From contig CAWEHK010000030.1 in the NCBI GenBank assembly GCA_963808625.1, positions 32,001-96,000 on the forward strand: 64,000 nucleotides of DNA. Reading direction: 5' to 3'. Shown here piece by piece: positions 33,264-43,656 of this stretch (positions are counted from its first letter, which is position 1; each line of letters starts with the position of its first letter). The position numbers were made by a program, and so were the translations under genes. The notes beneath the pieces are model-generated. The model was not told the origin of the DNA. It made no database searches and saw only the letters and a program-made list of their open reading frames with translations. Source of the DNA: an uncultured delta proteobacterium. Lineage in GTDB: Bacteria > Desulfobacterota > Syntrophobacteria > Syntrophobacterales > Syntrophobacteraceae.

Positions 33264-34808
33264 ATGATTGCGCCGGCAAAGCGCCTGATGTTTTTGGGGA
33301 CGGGATCGGACGTCGGGAAGAGCGTCCTGGCGGCGGCGTTCTGCCGGATTCTGAAGCAGGACGGGTATCGTGTCGCCCCGTTCAAGGCCCAGAACATGGC
33401 GCTCAATTCCTTCATCACCCCCGAGGGCGGCGAAATGGGCCGGGCGCAGGTGGTCCAGGCCGAAGCCGCCGGCATTGCGCCGCACGTCGATATGAACCCG
33501 GTCCTTCTCAAGCCGACCTCCCATGTGGGATCGCAGGTGATCGTCCTGGGGAAAGCCATCGGGAATTTCTCCGCCGTCGAATACTACCAGCACAAGAAGA
33601 ACCTGGTTTCCGTCGTGCGGGAGAGCTTCGAACGGCTGGCGCGGCAGTACGAAGTGATCGTCCTGGAAGGCGCGGGAAGTGCGGTGGAGCTGAATCTCAA
33701 GGAGCATGACCTGGTCAATCTCGCCATGGCCGAGATGGCCGACGCCCCCTGTGTCCTGGTGGGCGACATCGACCGGGGAGGCATCTTTGCGGCGCTCCTC
33801 GGGAGCTTCATGCTCATGACCCCACCCGAACAACAACGGATCATCGGGTTTCTGGTGAACAAGTTTCGCGGCGACCCGCAGCTTTTCACCAGCGGCGTCG
33901 AAATGATGGAATCCCGGTCCGGGCGCCCGGTGTTCGGGGTCATCCCATACTTCGACCATATTGCGCTCCCCGAGGAAGACAGCGTGGCCCTGTCCCGGCG
34001 CATGCAGCAGGGAGGGCACGCGGCTTCGGGCAGCAAGCTCGGCATTGGCGTCGTCCGCCTGCCGTTCGTTTCCAACTACACGGACTTTGACTGCTTCGAG
34101 CAGGAACCCGAGGTGGATCTCGCCTATTTCAACCGCCCGGAACAGGTTTTCCAGTTCGATGCCGTGATTCTGCCGGGCAGCAAGAATACCAACGAAGACC
34201 TGGCTCATCTCCAGCAGACGGGGATGGCCGAAGCCATCGTTGCCTATTACAAGTCGGGAGGGACCGTGGTGGGACTCTGTGGCGGCTACCAGATGCTGGG
34301 CCTGCGGGTGACCGATCCCCATGGCGTGGAGAGCCGTCTTGACGAGGTCTCGGGACTGGGCCTTCTGGATATGGACACCGAGATGTTTCCGGAGAAGATT
34401 ACTTCCCAGGTCGAGGCCACGTTTTTGGGGCACGGCGGCTTCTCCTTTCATCATGACGAACCTCTCCTCGGCTATGAAATCCATATGGGGCGGAGCGTCT
34501 CGCGGGGAGCGGCGGAGCCGCTTTTCCGCATCATTCGCCGGGGCGGGCATCCGGTGGATGAGGTCGACGGGTTGTCGCAGCCCGATGGGCGAGTGTGGGG
34601 GACCTACATCCATGGCATCTTCGACAACGATCACTTCCGCCGGGACTTTCTGCATGATTTGCAGCAGCGGTCGGGGCGGACCAATATCCTCTCCGCCGCA
34701 ACCTTTTCCTACCGTCAGTGGAAGGAAGAACAGTTCGACCGCCTCGCCGAACACGTGCGCAAGCACTGTGATGTGGGGCGGATTTACCGGTTGATGGGTC
34801 TCTCCTGA
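33264..34808 (+). CDS. cobQ: Cobyric acid synthase
   Basis: GTGSDVGKS, PFKAQNM, MNPVLLKP, DIDRGG, SNYTDF, LCGGYQMLG, GYEIH, GTYIHG. Confidence 0.96.
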   Translation: MIAPAKRLMFLGTGSDVGKSVLAAAFCRILKQDGYRVAPFKAQNMALNSFITPEGGEMGRAQVVQAEAAGIAPHVDMNPVLLKPTSHVGSQVIVLGKAIGNFSAVEYYQHKKNLVSVVRESFERLARQYEVIVLEGAGSAVELNLKEHDLVNLAMAEMADAPCVLVGDIDRGGIFAALLGSFMLMTPPEQQRIIGFLVNKFRGDPQLFTSGVEMMESRSGRPVFGVIPYFDHIALPEEDSVALSRRMQQGGHAASGSKLGIGVVRLPFVSNYTDFDCFEQEPEVDLAYFNRPEQVFQFDAVILPGSKNTNEDLAHLQQTGMAEAIVAYYKSGGTVVGLCGGYQMLGLRVTDPHGVESRLDEVSGLGLLDMDTEMFPEKITSQVEATFLGHGGFSFHHDEPLLGYEIHMGRSVSRGAAEPLFRIIRRGGHPVDEVDGLSQPDGRVWGTYIHGIFDNDHFRRDFLHDLQQRSGRTNILSAATFSYRQWKEEQFDRLAEHVRKHCDVGRIYRLMGLS

Positions 34809-35771
34809 TGGCGTTCCTTCCCTGGCACCTGGCTCTGGCTTACCTGCTCGACCTCGTCGTCGGCGACCCGCACTGGCTGCCTCATCCGACGCGCTGGATC
34901 GGGCGGTTGATCACCCGGGTCGAGTCCGTCTTCTACGACAGTCACGCCTCCCCAAACCTGCAGCGACTTGCGGGGTGCGCTTTTTGGATGTTGGTGACGG
35001 CTGGGGTACTGATCGGAACAATCGTCATCATGGAGGTTTCGAGGCACCTCAACGTCTACTCTCGGTGATGCGGTCACCATCTGGCTGGCTTACACCACCC
35101 TCGCCACGCGCAGCCTCCACCGGGAATCCTCGAGGGTCGTCGACGCCTTGCGCCAGGGGAATCTCGCCACCGCGCGCGAACGCCTCTCCCTGATCGTCAG
35201 CCGGGACACGGCGCAGCTCGAAGAAAAGGAAATCCTTCGCGCCGTCATTGAAACGGTTGCCGAGAATATTTCGGACGGCATCATTGCCCCCTTGATGTAT
35301 CTCGCTGTCGGCGGCCCGCTCGCGGGGATGGCCTACAAGACGGTGAACACCATGGATTCGATGGTCGGCTATGAAAATGAACGCTACAAGAACTTTGGCT
35401 GGTGTGCGGCGCGCCTCGATGATGTGGTGAACTGGGTGCCGGCCAGGTTGAGCGGCCTCATTTTGGTGGCGGCGTCGGCCTGCCTGAAGCTGGACTGGCG
35501 CGGTGCCTGGCAGGTGATGCGGCGCGATGCCCGCAAGATGAAAAGCCCCAATGCGGGGTTCCCGGAGGCGGCCGCGGCCGGTGCGCTCGGCGTGCAACTG
35601 GGGGGAACCAACGTCTATTTCGGTAAGGCGGTGGCAAAGCCGACCCTCGGGGATGGGGCGAAGCCGATGACGATCGAGAGTTACCGGCAGATGATTCGAC
35701 TGATGTATGCAGCGTCGTTCGGGGCTTTTGTGGTGGCGCTCGGGTTGCGGTGGGTGGCGGACGTGCTGTAG
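34808..35771 (+). CDS. cbiB: Adenosylcobinamide-phosphate synthase (frameshift near 35060)
   Basis: GDPHWLPHP, VSRDT, AENISDGIIAP, NTMDSMVGY, SPNAGFPE. Confidence 0.94.
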
Positions 35772-35787
35772 CAGAAAGCAAAAGCGA

Positions 35788-36012
35788 TCCACGAAGACAC
35801 ACGAAGGGGAACGAAGGCACACGAATGGAAACTGTTGATTTAAGATGAGAATTGCTTTTCTCCGTGTCCTTCGTGTAAAAATGATGTGGATGTGGGGTGC
35901 GGTGGTATTGAAAAAGCAATCCACGAATTCACACGAAGGGACACGAATGGAAATTGTCGTTTTGGAACAGGAGTTGCTTTTTTCGTGTCTATTCGTGTGT
36001 CTTCGTGGATAA
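35788..36012. repeat. Duplicated CACGAA-family palindromic units
   Basis: ATCCACGAA..CACACGAAGGG...CACGAATGGAAA twice, with TTCGTG arms. Confidence 0.75.
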
Positions 36013-36034
36013 AAAATAGGAATGATGTGGAGTA

Positions 36035-37126
36035 ATGACCATAGTACATGGCGGTAATGTTTACGAAATCGCATCGCGACTGGGCTGTGCGCCGGAAGAG
36101 GTGCTTGATTACAGCGCCAGCATCAATCCGCTGGGACCTCCACCCGGTCTGACGGAACTGCTCAGCCATACTTTTCAGCTTCTGCAGCACTATCCCGACA
36201 TTCAGAACCGGGTGCTCCTGGAGGCGATTGCCGGGCATCACGGGGTTCCCTCCGACCAGGTTGTGGTGGGCAACGGTTCGACCGAGCTTATTTACTGGCT
36301 GCCCAAGGTGCTCGGGATTCGCAAGGCCCTGATCGTCCTCCCCACTTTCGGGGAATATCAGAAAGCCTTTGAACTCCAAGGGGTGCAGCTGGCCAAGCTC
36401 TTTACTTCACCGGAGGAAAACTTCCAGCCGGCCGTCGAGCAATTGGATGAACTTTTTCATAAATTCTCACCAGAGGCGATCCTCTTTACCCATCCCGGGA
36501 GTCCCGCCGGGACCCTCCTTCCGGATGCGGTGCGCGAATGGCTGGTCGAGAAAGGAAAAAGTGAGAAAGTATTTTGCATCGTGGATGAGGTTTTCATCGA
36601 TTTTTGCGAAGAGGAATCGCTCAAGGGCTTTCTCGAGAATTCGGACCAGCTCGTCCTTATCCGCTCGATGACGAAATTCTATGGGCTTCCCGGGCTGCGG
36701 TTGGGCTATCTCTTGACTGCGGAACACCTGGCGGCCCGCCTGCGCCACTTTCTCCCGCCCTGGTCGGTCAATACCTATGCTCAGGTTGCCGGACCCTATT
36801 GTTTTGAGCAACGGGAATATCGGGAAAAGACTTTGGATCTAATCGCGCGCGAACGCAGCAGGATGATTGCGCGCCTGGAAACCTTCAAGGGGTGCCGGGT
36901 ATTTCCGGGGCAGGCGAATTACCTGCTTCTGCAGCTGGGAAAAAACCTTCCTCCCGCCGGCCGGCTCCAGCGGGACCTGCTGGCGTCGGAGCGGATTCTT
37001 ATCCGGGATTGCCATTCGTTTGAAGGGCTCGACGATCACTATGCGCGCTTTGCCATTCGTCGGCCCGAGCAGAACGAGAGGCTCCTCGAAGCGCTGGCCC
37101 GCTGGGTGAAGGCTCACTCCTCCTGA
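36035..37126 (+). CDS. cobD: L-threonine-O-3-phosphate decarboxylase
   Basis: HGGN, DYSASINPLG, GNGSTE, VDEVFIDF, RSMTKFYGLPGLRLGY; cob context. Confidence 0.9.
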   Translation: MTIVHGGNVYEIASRLGCAPEEVLDYSASINPLGPPPGLTELLSHTFQLLQHYPDIQNRVLLEAIAGHHGVPSDQVVVGNGSTELIYWLPKVLGIRKALIVLPTFGEYQKAFELQGVQLAKLFTSPEENFQPAVEQLDELFHKFSPEAILFTHPGSPAGTLLPDAVREWLVEKGKSEKVFCIVDEVFIDFCEEESLKGFLENSDQLVLIRSMTKFYGLPGLRLGYLLTAEHLAARLRHFLPPWSVNTYAQVAGPYCFEQREYREKTLDLIARERSRMIARLETFKGCRVFPGQANYLLLQLGKNLPPAGRLQRDLLASERILIRDCHSFEGLDDHYARFAIRRPEQNERLLEALARWVKAHSS

Positions 37127-37383
37127 TCGCCTTCCTGACCGTCTTTCAGGAATAGCCGGTGATATTCATCGTCGGTCAGATAGCTCCGCATGAGTTGACT
37201 CACGAGCTCAAACAGCTGGGCAATTTCCGCGTCGCTCAGTCTCGGTACCAAAGCCGCAGCGAGCTCGTCGTCGGAGAATTTCTGGAGATAGTAGATCAGG
37301 GATTTTTCATCTACTTCTCGTGAAAACCCAAATGCTACCAGCCCATCATAGGTATCCACAAAAGTGTGTCGATGTTCTGCCAT
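37114..37383 (-). CDS. Small conserved-looking hypothetical protein
   Basis: HTFVDTYDGLVAFGFSRE...EYHRLFLKD; follows ino1. Confidence 0.75.
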   Translation of the reverse strand: MAEHRHTFVDTYDGLVAFGFSREVDEKSLIYYLQKFSDDELAAALVPRLSDAEIAQLFELVSQLMRSYLTDDEYHRLFLKDGQEGDQEE

Positions 37384-37416
37384 GGGAATTCCCGCCCGGG
37401 GTCGCCCCCGCGCCGT

Positions 37417-38757
37417 CTATTCATTGTTCAGATAGTAATCCAATCCGAAATGGGTGATCTGTTCCTCTCCCATGAGGTAGCGCAGGGTATTCTTGAGCTT
37501 CATCAGTTGAATGAAGAGATCGTGCTCCGGATAGAGGTTTTCCTTGTGCATGGGGCTCTTGAAATAGAAGGAAAGCCATTCCTGGATGCCGCTCATCCCC
37601 ACCCGCTGGGCGAGGTCCATAAAAAGCACCAGGTCGAGAATGATCGGTGCCGCCAGAATGCTGTCGCGGCACTGGAAATCCACCTTCATCTGCATCGGAT
37701 ATCCCAGCCATCCGAAAATATCGATACAGTCCCAGCTCTCTTTGTTGTCCCCGCGCGGCGGATAGTAGTTGATCGTCACCTTGTGATGGTAGTTCTTGTA
37801 GAGGGTAGGGTAGAGGTGCGGTTGCAGGATATATTCGAGGACCGCAAGTTTGCTTTCTTCCTTGGTGCGGAACGAGTCCTTGTCGTCCAGCACCAGGCCG
37901 TCACGGTTGCCGAGAATATTGGTGGAATACCAGCCTTCGAGACCAAGCATACGGGCCTTGAGACCCGGCGCCAGGATGGTCTTGATGAGGGTTTGGCCGG
38001 TTTTGAAGTCCTTGCCGGCGATGGGCACACCCTTTTCTCCGGCGAAATCGATCAGCGCGGGGATATCGACCGTGAGATTGGGAGCACCGTTAATAAACGG
38101 AATGCCGCTCTCGATTGCGGCCATGGCATAGAGCATACTGGGGGCAATGTTGGGGTCATTGCGAAGCACGGCCTCCTGGAGCGCGCTGTAGGACTGGTGG
38201 ACATCCTGAGGACTCAAGTGGACCTCGGTGCTGCCGGCCCAGATCATGACGCAGCGATCGAGCCCCTGGTCTTCCCGGAACCGAAGGATATCTTCCCTAA
38301 GAGCGTCCACCTGTTGGCGGAGGTTTTGGTTCTGCTTCACATGGGAGCCGTCGAGGTTGCGCACGAAACGCCCGTCGAAAACCGCTTTCATGGGGCGAAT
38401 GCCGGCCAGGAAGCCCTTTATCGGTTCGATATGGTCGCGGTTGAGCACCCGTGCATACATGGCGGCTTCATGGCCGTTGGCCTCATAAATGTCCCAGCCT
38501 CCGAACACCAGGTCATCCAGCGAGGCAAGAGGGATAAATTCGTTGATTTTTGGCGACCGATGTTCATAGCGCTTCCCCAGCCGGATGGTTCCCAGTTGGG
38601 TCAGCGAGCCGATGGGTTCCGCAAGCCCCCGGCGCACGAGCTCCACACCCGCGATGAAGGTCGTGCTGACCGCTCCGCCGAGCCCGGGAATGAGGACTCC
38701 CAGTTTGCCCTTAGGAGCTGCAATCCGGTCCTTCAGTTTCAAGTTCTTCTCTTTCAA
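37417..38757 (-). CDS. ino1: myo-inositol-1-phosphate synthase
   Basis: GGWDI, GKDFKTGQT, NILGNRDG, SKL, GDNKE, RDSILAAP, FYFKSP; TTG start after GGAGG. Confidence 0.93.
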   Translation of the reverse strand: MKEKNLKLKDRIAAPKGKLGVLIPGLGGAVSTTFIAGVELVRRGLAEPIGSLTQLGTIRLGKRYEHRSPKINEFIPLASLDDLVFGGWDIYEANGHEAAMYARVLNRDHIEPIKGFLAGIRPMKAVFDGRFVRNLDGSHVKQNQNLRQQVDALREDILRFREDQGLDRCVMIWAGSTEVHLSPQDVHQSYSALQEAVLRNDPNIAPSMLYAMAAIESGIPFINGAPNLTVDIPALIDFAGEKGVPIAGKDFKTGQTLIKTILAPGLKARMLGLEGWYSTNILGNRDGLVLDDKDSFRTKEESKLAVLEYILQPHLYPTLYKNYHHKVTINYYPPRGDNKESWDCIDIFGWLGYPMQMKVDFQCRDSILAAPIILDLVLFMDLAQRVGMSGIQEWLSFYFKSPMHKENLYPEHDLFIQLMKLKNTLRYLMGEEQITHFGLDYYLNNE

Positions 38758-38877
38758 AACAGGGCCTCCATTGCCTCAAGCAATTAATTGATCTCTTACC
38801 ACGCATGCAATAATTTCCACGTCCAGGCGCCACCCGTAAAAGATAGGCATGACATCTGAGCTCTGACACTTTTACTG

Positions 38878-38940
38878 ACCACTCATCACTCATCACTCAT
38901 CACTCATTACTCATTACTCGCCACTCATCACTCATCACTC
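38878..38940. repeat. Heptamer tandem repeat ACTCAT(C/T)
   Basis: About 8 imperfect units; overlaps the ogt stop. Confidence 0.85.
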
Positions 38941-39440
38941 TTTTCTATTTTGAGCAGAGCTTCCTTGATATGAATGCCGCTGGAGAAACCACCCAGGCCC
39001 CCGTCGGCGGCGATGACCCGGTGGCAGGGGATGAGCAGCGGCACGGGATTCATGCCGCAGGCCTGCCCCACGGCTCGTGCCGACCGGGGTTTATCTAAAG
39101 CCTGCGCCACCTGGAGATAGGATCGGGTCTGTCCGAAGGGGATCTCGGCCAGCGCCTTCCAGACCTGGTGCTGGAATGGTGTTCCGGTCTGCACATCGAG
39201 CGGTAGGGCAGGAATTGGTTGGCGCTCATGAAGATAATTCAGGATTGCCTCTTCGGCCTCACGGAGCATAGGGGTTTTGCGATAGGACAGGGTCGCCTCG
39301 GGAAAGGCCTGCTTCAGGAAGAATTCGCACCATCCCCGGGAAACTGGGGAGGGACCACAAAAATGGACCAGGCAAAGGCCTCGGGAGGTGGCAGCAACGA
39401 GGACCCATCCCAGGGCCGAGGCGAAAAAATGGGTGTCCAT
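38928..39440 (-). CDS. ogt: Methylated-DNA-protein-cysteine methyltransferase
   Basis: GTPFQHQVW, IPFGQTRSY, RAVGQAC, IPCHRV. Confidence 0.93.
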   Translation of the reverse strand: MDTHFFASALGWVLVAATSRGLCLVHFCGPSPVSRGWCEFFLKQAFPEATLSYRKTPMLREAEEAILNYLHERQPIPALPLDVQTGTPFQHQVWKALAEIPFGQTRSYLQVAQALDKPRSARAVGQACGMNPVPLLIPCHRVIAADGGLGGFSSGIHIKEALLKIEKSDE

Positions 39441-39453
39441 CGGCAATGCGGGG

Positions 39454-40108
39454 TTATTCTTCTTCATCGAGGAAGTCCGTGATGTAAGGATTGGTTTCGC
39501 GTTCGCGCCGCACCGTCGACTGAGGGCGGTCGCCATAGTCGTGGCCGGGCCAGACGATGGTGTCGGGAGGAAGAGTGATAATCTTGGTCTGGAGCGAATT
39601 GACCAATTGCTCGAAGGAAGCACCGGGCAGGTCGGTCCGCCCGACCGCTCCGACAAAAAGGGTGTCGCCGGTGAACAGGTTGCCGTCGATCAGGATGCAG
39701 CACCCTCCAGGGGTATGGCCGGGGGTGTGGATAAATTTTATGGTAAGGCCGTCAAAAGTCAGCTCGTCGCCATCCTGGACGCGCACATCAGCGGGACCTG
39801 CGGCATCCACCCCGATCATCCGCGCCCACCCCGAGAACTCGGGTTTCTGGAAGAATTCGTCGTCCAGTGCGTGCATCACCACGAGGGCGCCGGTGGCCTT
39901 GCGCAGACGTTCGTTCCCGGAGGTGTGATCGGGATGGCCGTGCGTATTGACGATATAGCGCAGCGTGACGCCTTTTTCCTTGAGGAGTTGCAGGATTTGG
40001 TCCTCATTTCCGGCCGGGTCGATTAAAATACCCTCGCCTGCTCTTTTCATCATAGACCAGATAGCAGAAGACGGCCATGTATCCGACGATTACCTGTTCG
40101 ATCTTCAT
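39454..40108 (-). CDS. MBL-fold hydrolase, glyoxalase II-like (frameshift near 40055)
   Basis: THGHPDH, TPGHTPG, FTGDTLF, PGHDY. Confidence 0.9.
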
Positions 40109-40213
40109 AATTTCCTCCGGAGCTTTTGGGAAGCCAGCTTGGCATGGTTTTCAGGTCGGACTCAAAATGGCCTATCTCGGGGAAAAAGTCAAAGAAACTC
40201 TGGAGTTTGCCTG

Positions 40214-41103
40214 ATGGTTGGGCGTGCGACAACGGTTTCCGCCCGGCGACCGCAGGAATTGTTTGTTTATGAATGCGAAGGAAGCCACCCTCCCTGGGGG
40301 CGACCCCGACGACCGCGGCTTTCTTGGAACCTGGCCGGAGCCCCCTTTCTATTACCTCTTTTTTGAACAAGAGGCCGGAGCGGGTTTCCACAGATGGCTT
40401 GAACAGCAGCAAGGCTGGATCGTGCGAAGCCTGGTCAGGCTCCCCTACGATCGCTGGCAGCAGGTGAGTCGGTGAGAGGATCGAGGTCGGCCCCTTCTTC
40501 ATTGAAATGGAACCGGGGGCTGCCGCTGCCGCCGAACGCGGGAACGGCATCGTCATTCGCCTGGATCCCGGTCTGGTTTTTGGGTCCGGTCTACACGGGT
40601 CGACGAAGGGTTGCCTGCTGGCCGTGGCTCACCTCTTCGAGCGCCTTCCCATCAAGGATGCGGTGGATATGGGAACGGGAACGGGGATTTTGGCCGTTTC
40701 CTGCGCTGCCCTTGGGGCTGCCAGGGTCTTGGCGATTGATAAGAACCCCCTGGCGGTCCGGGTGGCGCGACGGAATATCCTGCTCAATGGTGTGGCTGAC
40801 CGGGTGAGACTCTTGATTGCTGAGGACTTGGGTGTTCTTAAGGAGCCGTCGGAGCTGCTCGTCATGAATCTCGAATACCCCAGCCTGCAGCGGTTCCTGG
40901 CAGGGAGCGCGTGGCTGGGCTACCAGTGGGTGGTCTTGAGCGGATTTTTGGAAAAGCAGTGGGACACCCTTAAAGCATACATCCCTCCGGCCCTTCGGGT
41001 GCGACACCTGGTATCCGTCGATGACTGGCTTACCGTGACGATCGCAAGCGAAGATCCCGATGAACGCAACGGGAACGAGTCCTATCTGAAGCGCAGGATG
41101 TAA
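40214..41103 (+). CDS. PrmA-like SAM-dependent methyltransferase (frameshifted)
   Basis: LDPGLVFGSGLHGST, VDMGTGTGILA, LSGF. Confidence 0.8.
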
Positions 41104-41417
41104 TCCGCCAGGGCCTTCTTGTCTTCGTCCGAGAGGGCGGTCAGGTTCTTCAGTTGTCCCTTCATCATGCCGCTTTTGGTGGATTCGATGATCATGGGGC
41201 TCTCACCCTTGAAGAAACTGACCAGCTTCGCCTGATCCTGGTAAGCCCTGGCAATCTCGATGAGGGAAACTCCCACTGCTTTCTGGTCGGGCTTATGACA
41301 GGCGCCGCATTTGAGCGAGGTGAAGAGGGTTTCGCCATTTCCTGCCGACGAGGCCGCGGAAGCACAGAAAAATGCCAGCAAGAGCACAATGACCGGAATC
41401 GGAATAAGCTTACGCAT
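41082..41417 (-). CDS. Monoheme cytochrome c
   Basis: Signal peptide; CGACH; distal Met (GMMK). Confidence 0.9.
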   Translation of the reverse strand: MRKLIPIPVIVLLLAFFCASAASSAGNGETLFTSLKCGACHKPDQKAVGVSLIEIARAYQDQAKLVSFFKGESPMIIESTKSGMMKGQLKNLTALSDEDKKALADYILRFR

Positions 41418-41741
41418 GATCGCACCTCACCCCTAGAGAAAGTCTTCCTGCCCGTAAGTTGTTCAACCTCTTCCTGCGTGATCGTAAACCTAGCCTCAAT
41501 AGAAGCGTAAGCTCTTTGATAGGTCAAGCTAAAATCAGTTGAAGCTAAAAAAATATTTACCTTTGCCAAAAAAAAGTTGTAGAAAAATTGTGAATATACT
41601 ATTGACCTTCGATTTTTTAGGCTATATTTAAAATCCTTGGATTAACGAGAAGGTGATGAACATGGTTGGTTTTTGTGGTTTTATGTTGAGTCTTGTTCCG
41701 AGAAACCAAGAACAAATTATTCATTGCATTGGAGACTGCTT

Positions 41742-42299
41742 ATGGCGAAAAAGCTATTAGAAATTGCTGCCGAGCTTGTGCAGGCACAGGTATCCACCAG
41801 TCAACTTGTTGCTGACGAGATTGTTTCGTCCTTGAAGCTGGTGTTTAGTGCCCTTCAGGAGATGCAAAAATCAGAAACGGAAGGGATGCCCCTCGAGATT
41901 ATCAAACCACCTGAAGAAGCGGTGCCTGAAGAGGTCGTTGCCGGTAAGATTGATCCCAAGGGGTCGATCCAGGAGGATAAAGTCATATGCCTGGAGTGCG
42001 GGGCTGAGATGCGGCAACTGACCGCCAAGCATCTTAGCTCCCACGGTCTGAGCATTAGAGAATACAAGCACCGATATGGTTTCCCGCTGAGACAGTCCCT
42101 GTCGGCGAAAGCCTTGTCCAAGGCCCGCAGCAAAGCGGCAAAGAAGCGGGGATTGCCGGAAAAGTTGTTGAGGTTCCAGGAAGAAAGAAAGCGGAAAAAG
42201 GAACTGGCTCTTCAGGAAATGCCCGCGGCTCTCTCGGAAGCAGGCCTGGAAAAGAAGGCCAAGCCGGTTACCAGGCGTCGTAAGAAAGAGTCGCAATAG
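41742..42299 (+). CDS. MucR/Ros-family zinc-finger transcriptional regulator
   Basis: SIQEDKVICLECG...HLSSHGLSIREYKHRYG. Confidence 0.9.
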   Translation: MAKKLLEIAAELVQAQVSTSQLVADEIVSSLKLVFSALQEMQKSETEGMPLEIIKPPEEAVPEEVVAGKIDPKGSIQEDKVICLECGAEMRQLTAKHLSSHGLSIREYKHRYGFPLRQSLSAKALSKARSKAAKKRGLPEKLLRFQEERKRKKELALQEMPAALSEAGLEKKAKPVTRRRKKESQ

Positions 42300-42464
42300 C
42301 GGTAAAGTTTATCATGGTGCGTTTCCGGGTTTTGCGTAACTCCCATGGTCATGAGGGAGGAGAATGAAATCGCTTGGCTTGGTCCGGGCGGTCCCGTGAG
42401 AGCGCGAGATGTTGTGTGATGGGGCGGGACGATCATGGTTCCCGCCCCATTGCGGCAAAATCAG

Positions 42465-42986
42465 CTAAGGCTTTTTGGGTGGTTCCTTTCCTTTCGTTGT
42501 GCAAAATTCTTCCGGAGTCAACGAACCATTGCCGTTGGTATCCCTTTGTTTGAAAAGCTCGTCGCCTTTGCCACCAGGTTTGCGGCCGGTCGTAAACTCG
42601 TCCCTGGTTATCACCCCGTCATGATTGGCATCCATGGCTTTGAAGCGATTCCTGCAAAGGGCCGCCGGATCAGTCAGGCCTTTGCCCCCTCCCGCTCCGA
42701 TGCAGTATTCTTCCTTTGTAAGATTGCCATCATGGTTGACATCCTTGGAATTAAAGATCTCACCAGCTCTCGCGCCGACGCGCCCGGACGCCGTGAATGC
42801 TTCCTTGGAAACCTTGCCGGTGTGTTTCTTGTCCATGGCGTCAAAGCGTTTCAGGCAACGCTTGAGGGGAGAGCTCTCGGTGAGGTCGCTGGGTTGAGGC
42901 TGCTCGTTCTGGGCCGCAGCCAGGCTGGCGAGGAACACCAGAAGCATCGCCAGGATCCATGGAAGAACGGTGGTTCGAGATTGCAT
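42465..42986 (-). CDS. Secreted EF-hand protein
   Basis: Signal peptide; DVNHDGNLTKEE, DANHDGVITRDE, DTNGNGSLTPEE. Confidence 0.88.
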   Translation of the reverse strand: MQSRTTVLPWILAMLLVFLASLAAAQNEQPQPSDLTESSPLKRCLKRFDAMDKKHTGKVSKEAFTASGRVGARAGEIFNSKDVNHDGNLTKEEYCIGAGGGKGLTDPAALCRNRFKAMDANHDGVITRDEFTTGRKPGGKGDELFKQRDTNGNGSLTPEEFCTTKGKEPPKKP

Positions 42987-43365
42987 TCTTTCTCCTTTCT
43001 GCCCTTTCAAGCACGTTTTTGGGGGTTAAAAGCCAAGGGTCATGGTTTAGCATAAAGCGGCGCATCAACTTCGACGGCAGAGCCGTCGGTGGGTATATAG
43101 CAGAGAGCGCAGAAACCATCAATAAGAGAAAGCCAGGATGACAGCATCCCGGCTTCCGCTAGATAGAATAAGAAACCAACTCTTTTGCTGTTTTTCTACG
43201 CCATCGACGGGTTCTCCTGCAATGGGGTGGAGTAGGTATTTTGCATGGGAGAAGACAGTAATCATAGTGGCACTTTCGTGTAGAATTTGGGGCGGGAATC
43301 GGTAGAAAGGTTGAAGCGTGCAGAGGGGTATCGTAACCGGAGATTTCACCCATAAGGATGGTCCC

Positions 43366-43608
43366 ATGAAGATCTTCATCTGGCGTCACAGCAAGCTTTT
43401 TTCCAGTTGGTCCATGTTCGATGAACCTCATGTTTATCAGGACAATTATCTCCAGGCGGAAATTGCCGTGCTGGCAGATTCGGAAAGCGAAGCCCTGGCA
43501 TTGATAAGCAATGAGGAGAAATGGAATGTTGAGGAATTGAGGCGCATCGCACCGCGCATCCTGCCGTTGGAGAAGCCTGCGGTCGTCAGCGAGCATGTTC
43601 AGTATTGA
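43366..43608 (+). CDS. Small hypothetical protein
   Basis: AAGGA RBS; MKIFIWRHSK... Confidence 0.7.
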   Translation: MKIFIWRHSKLFSSWSMFDEPHVYQDNYLQAEIAVLADSESEALALISNEEKWNVEELRRIAPRILPLEKPAVVSEHVQY

Positions 43609-43656
43609 AGGGCGGCAGGGCTTTTGCAAGCGGGCGAGGGGACCCCTGGCAACCAT

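Noticed and set aside
32962..36012. CACGAAG repeat clusters as a CRISPR array
   Set aside because: Units are short, imperfect and arranged as hairpins, without constant-length unique spacers; no cas genes in the window.
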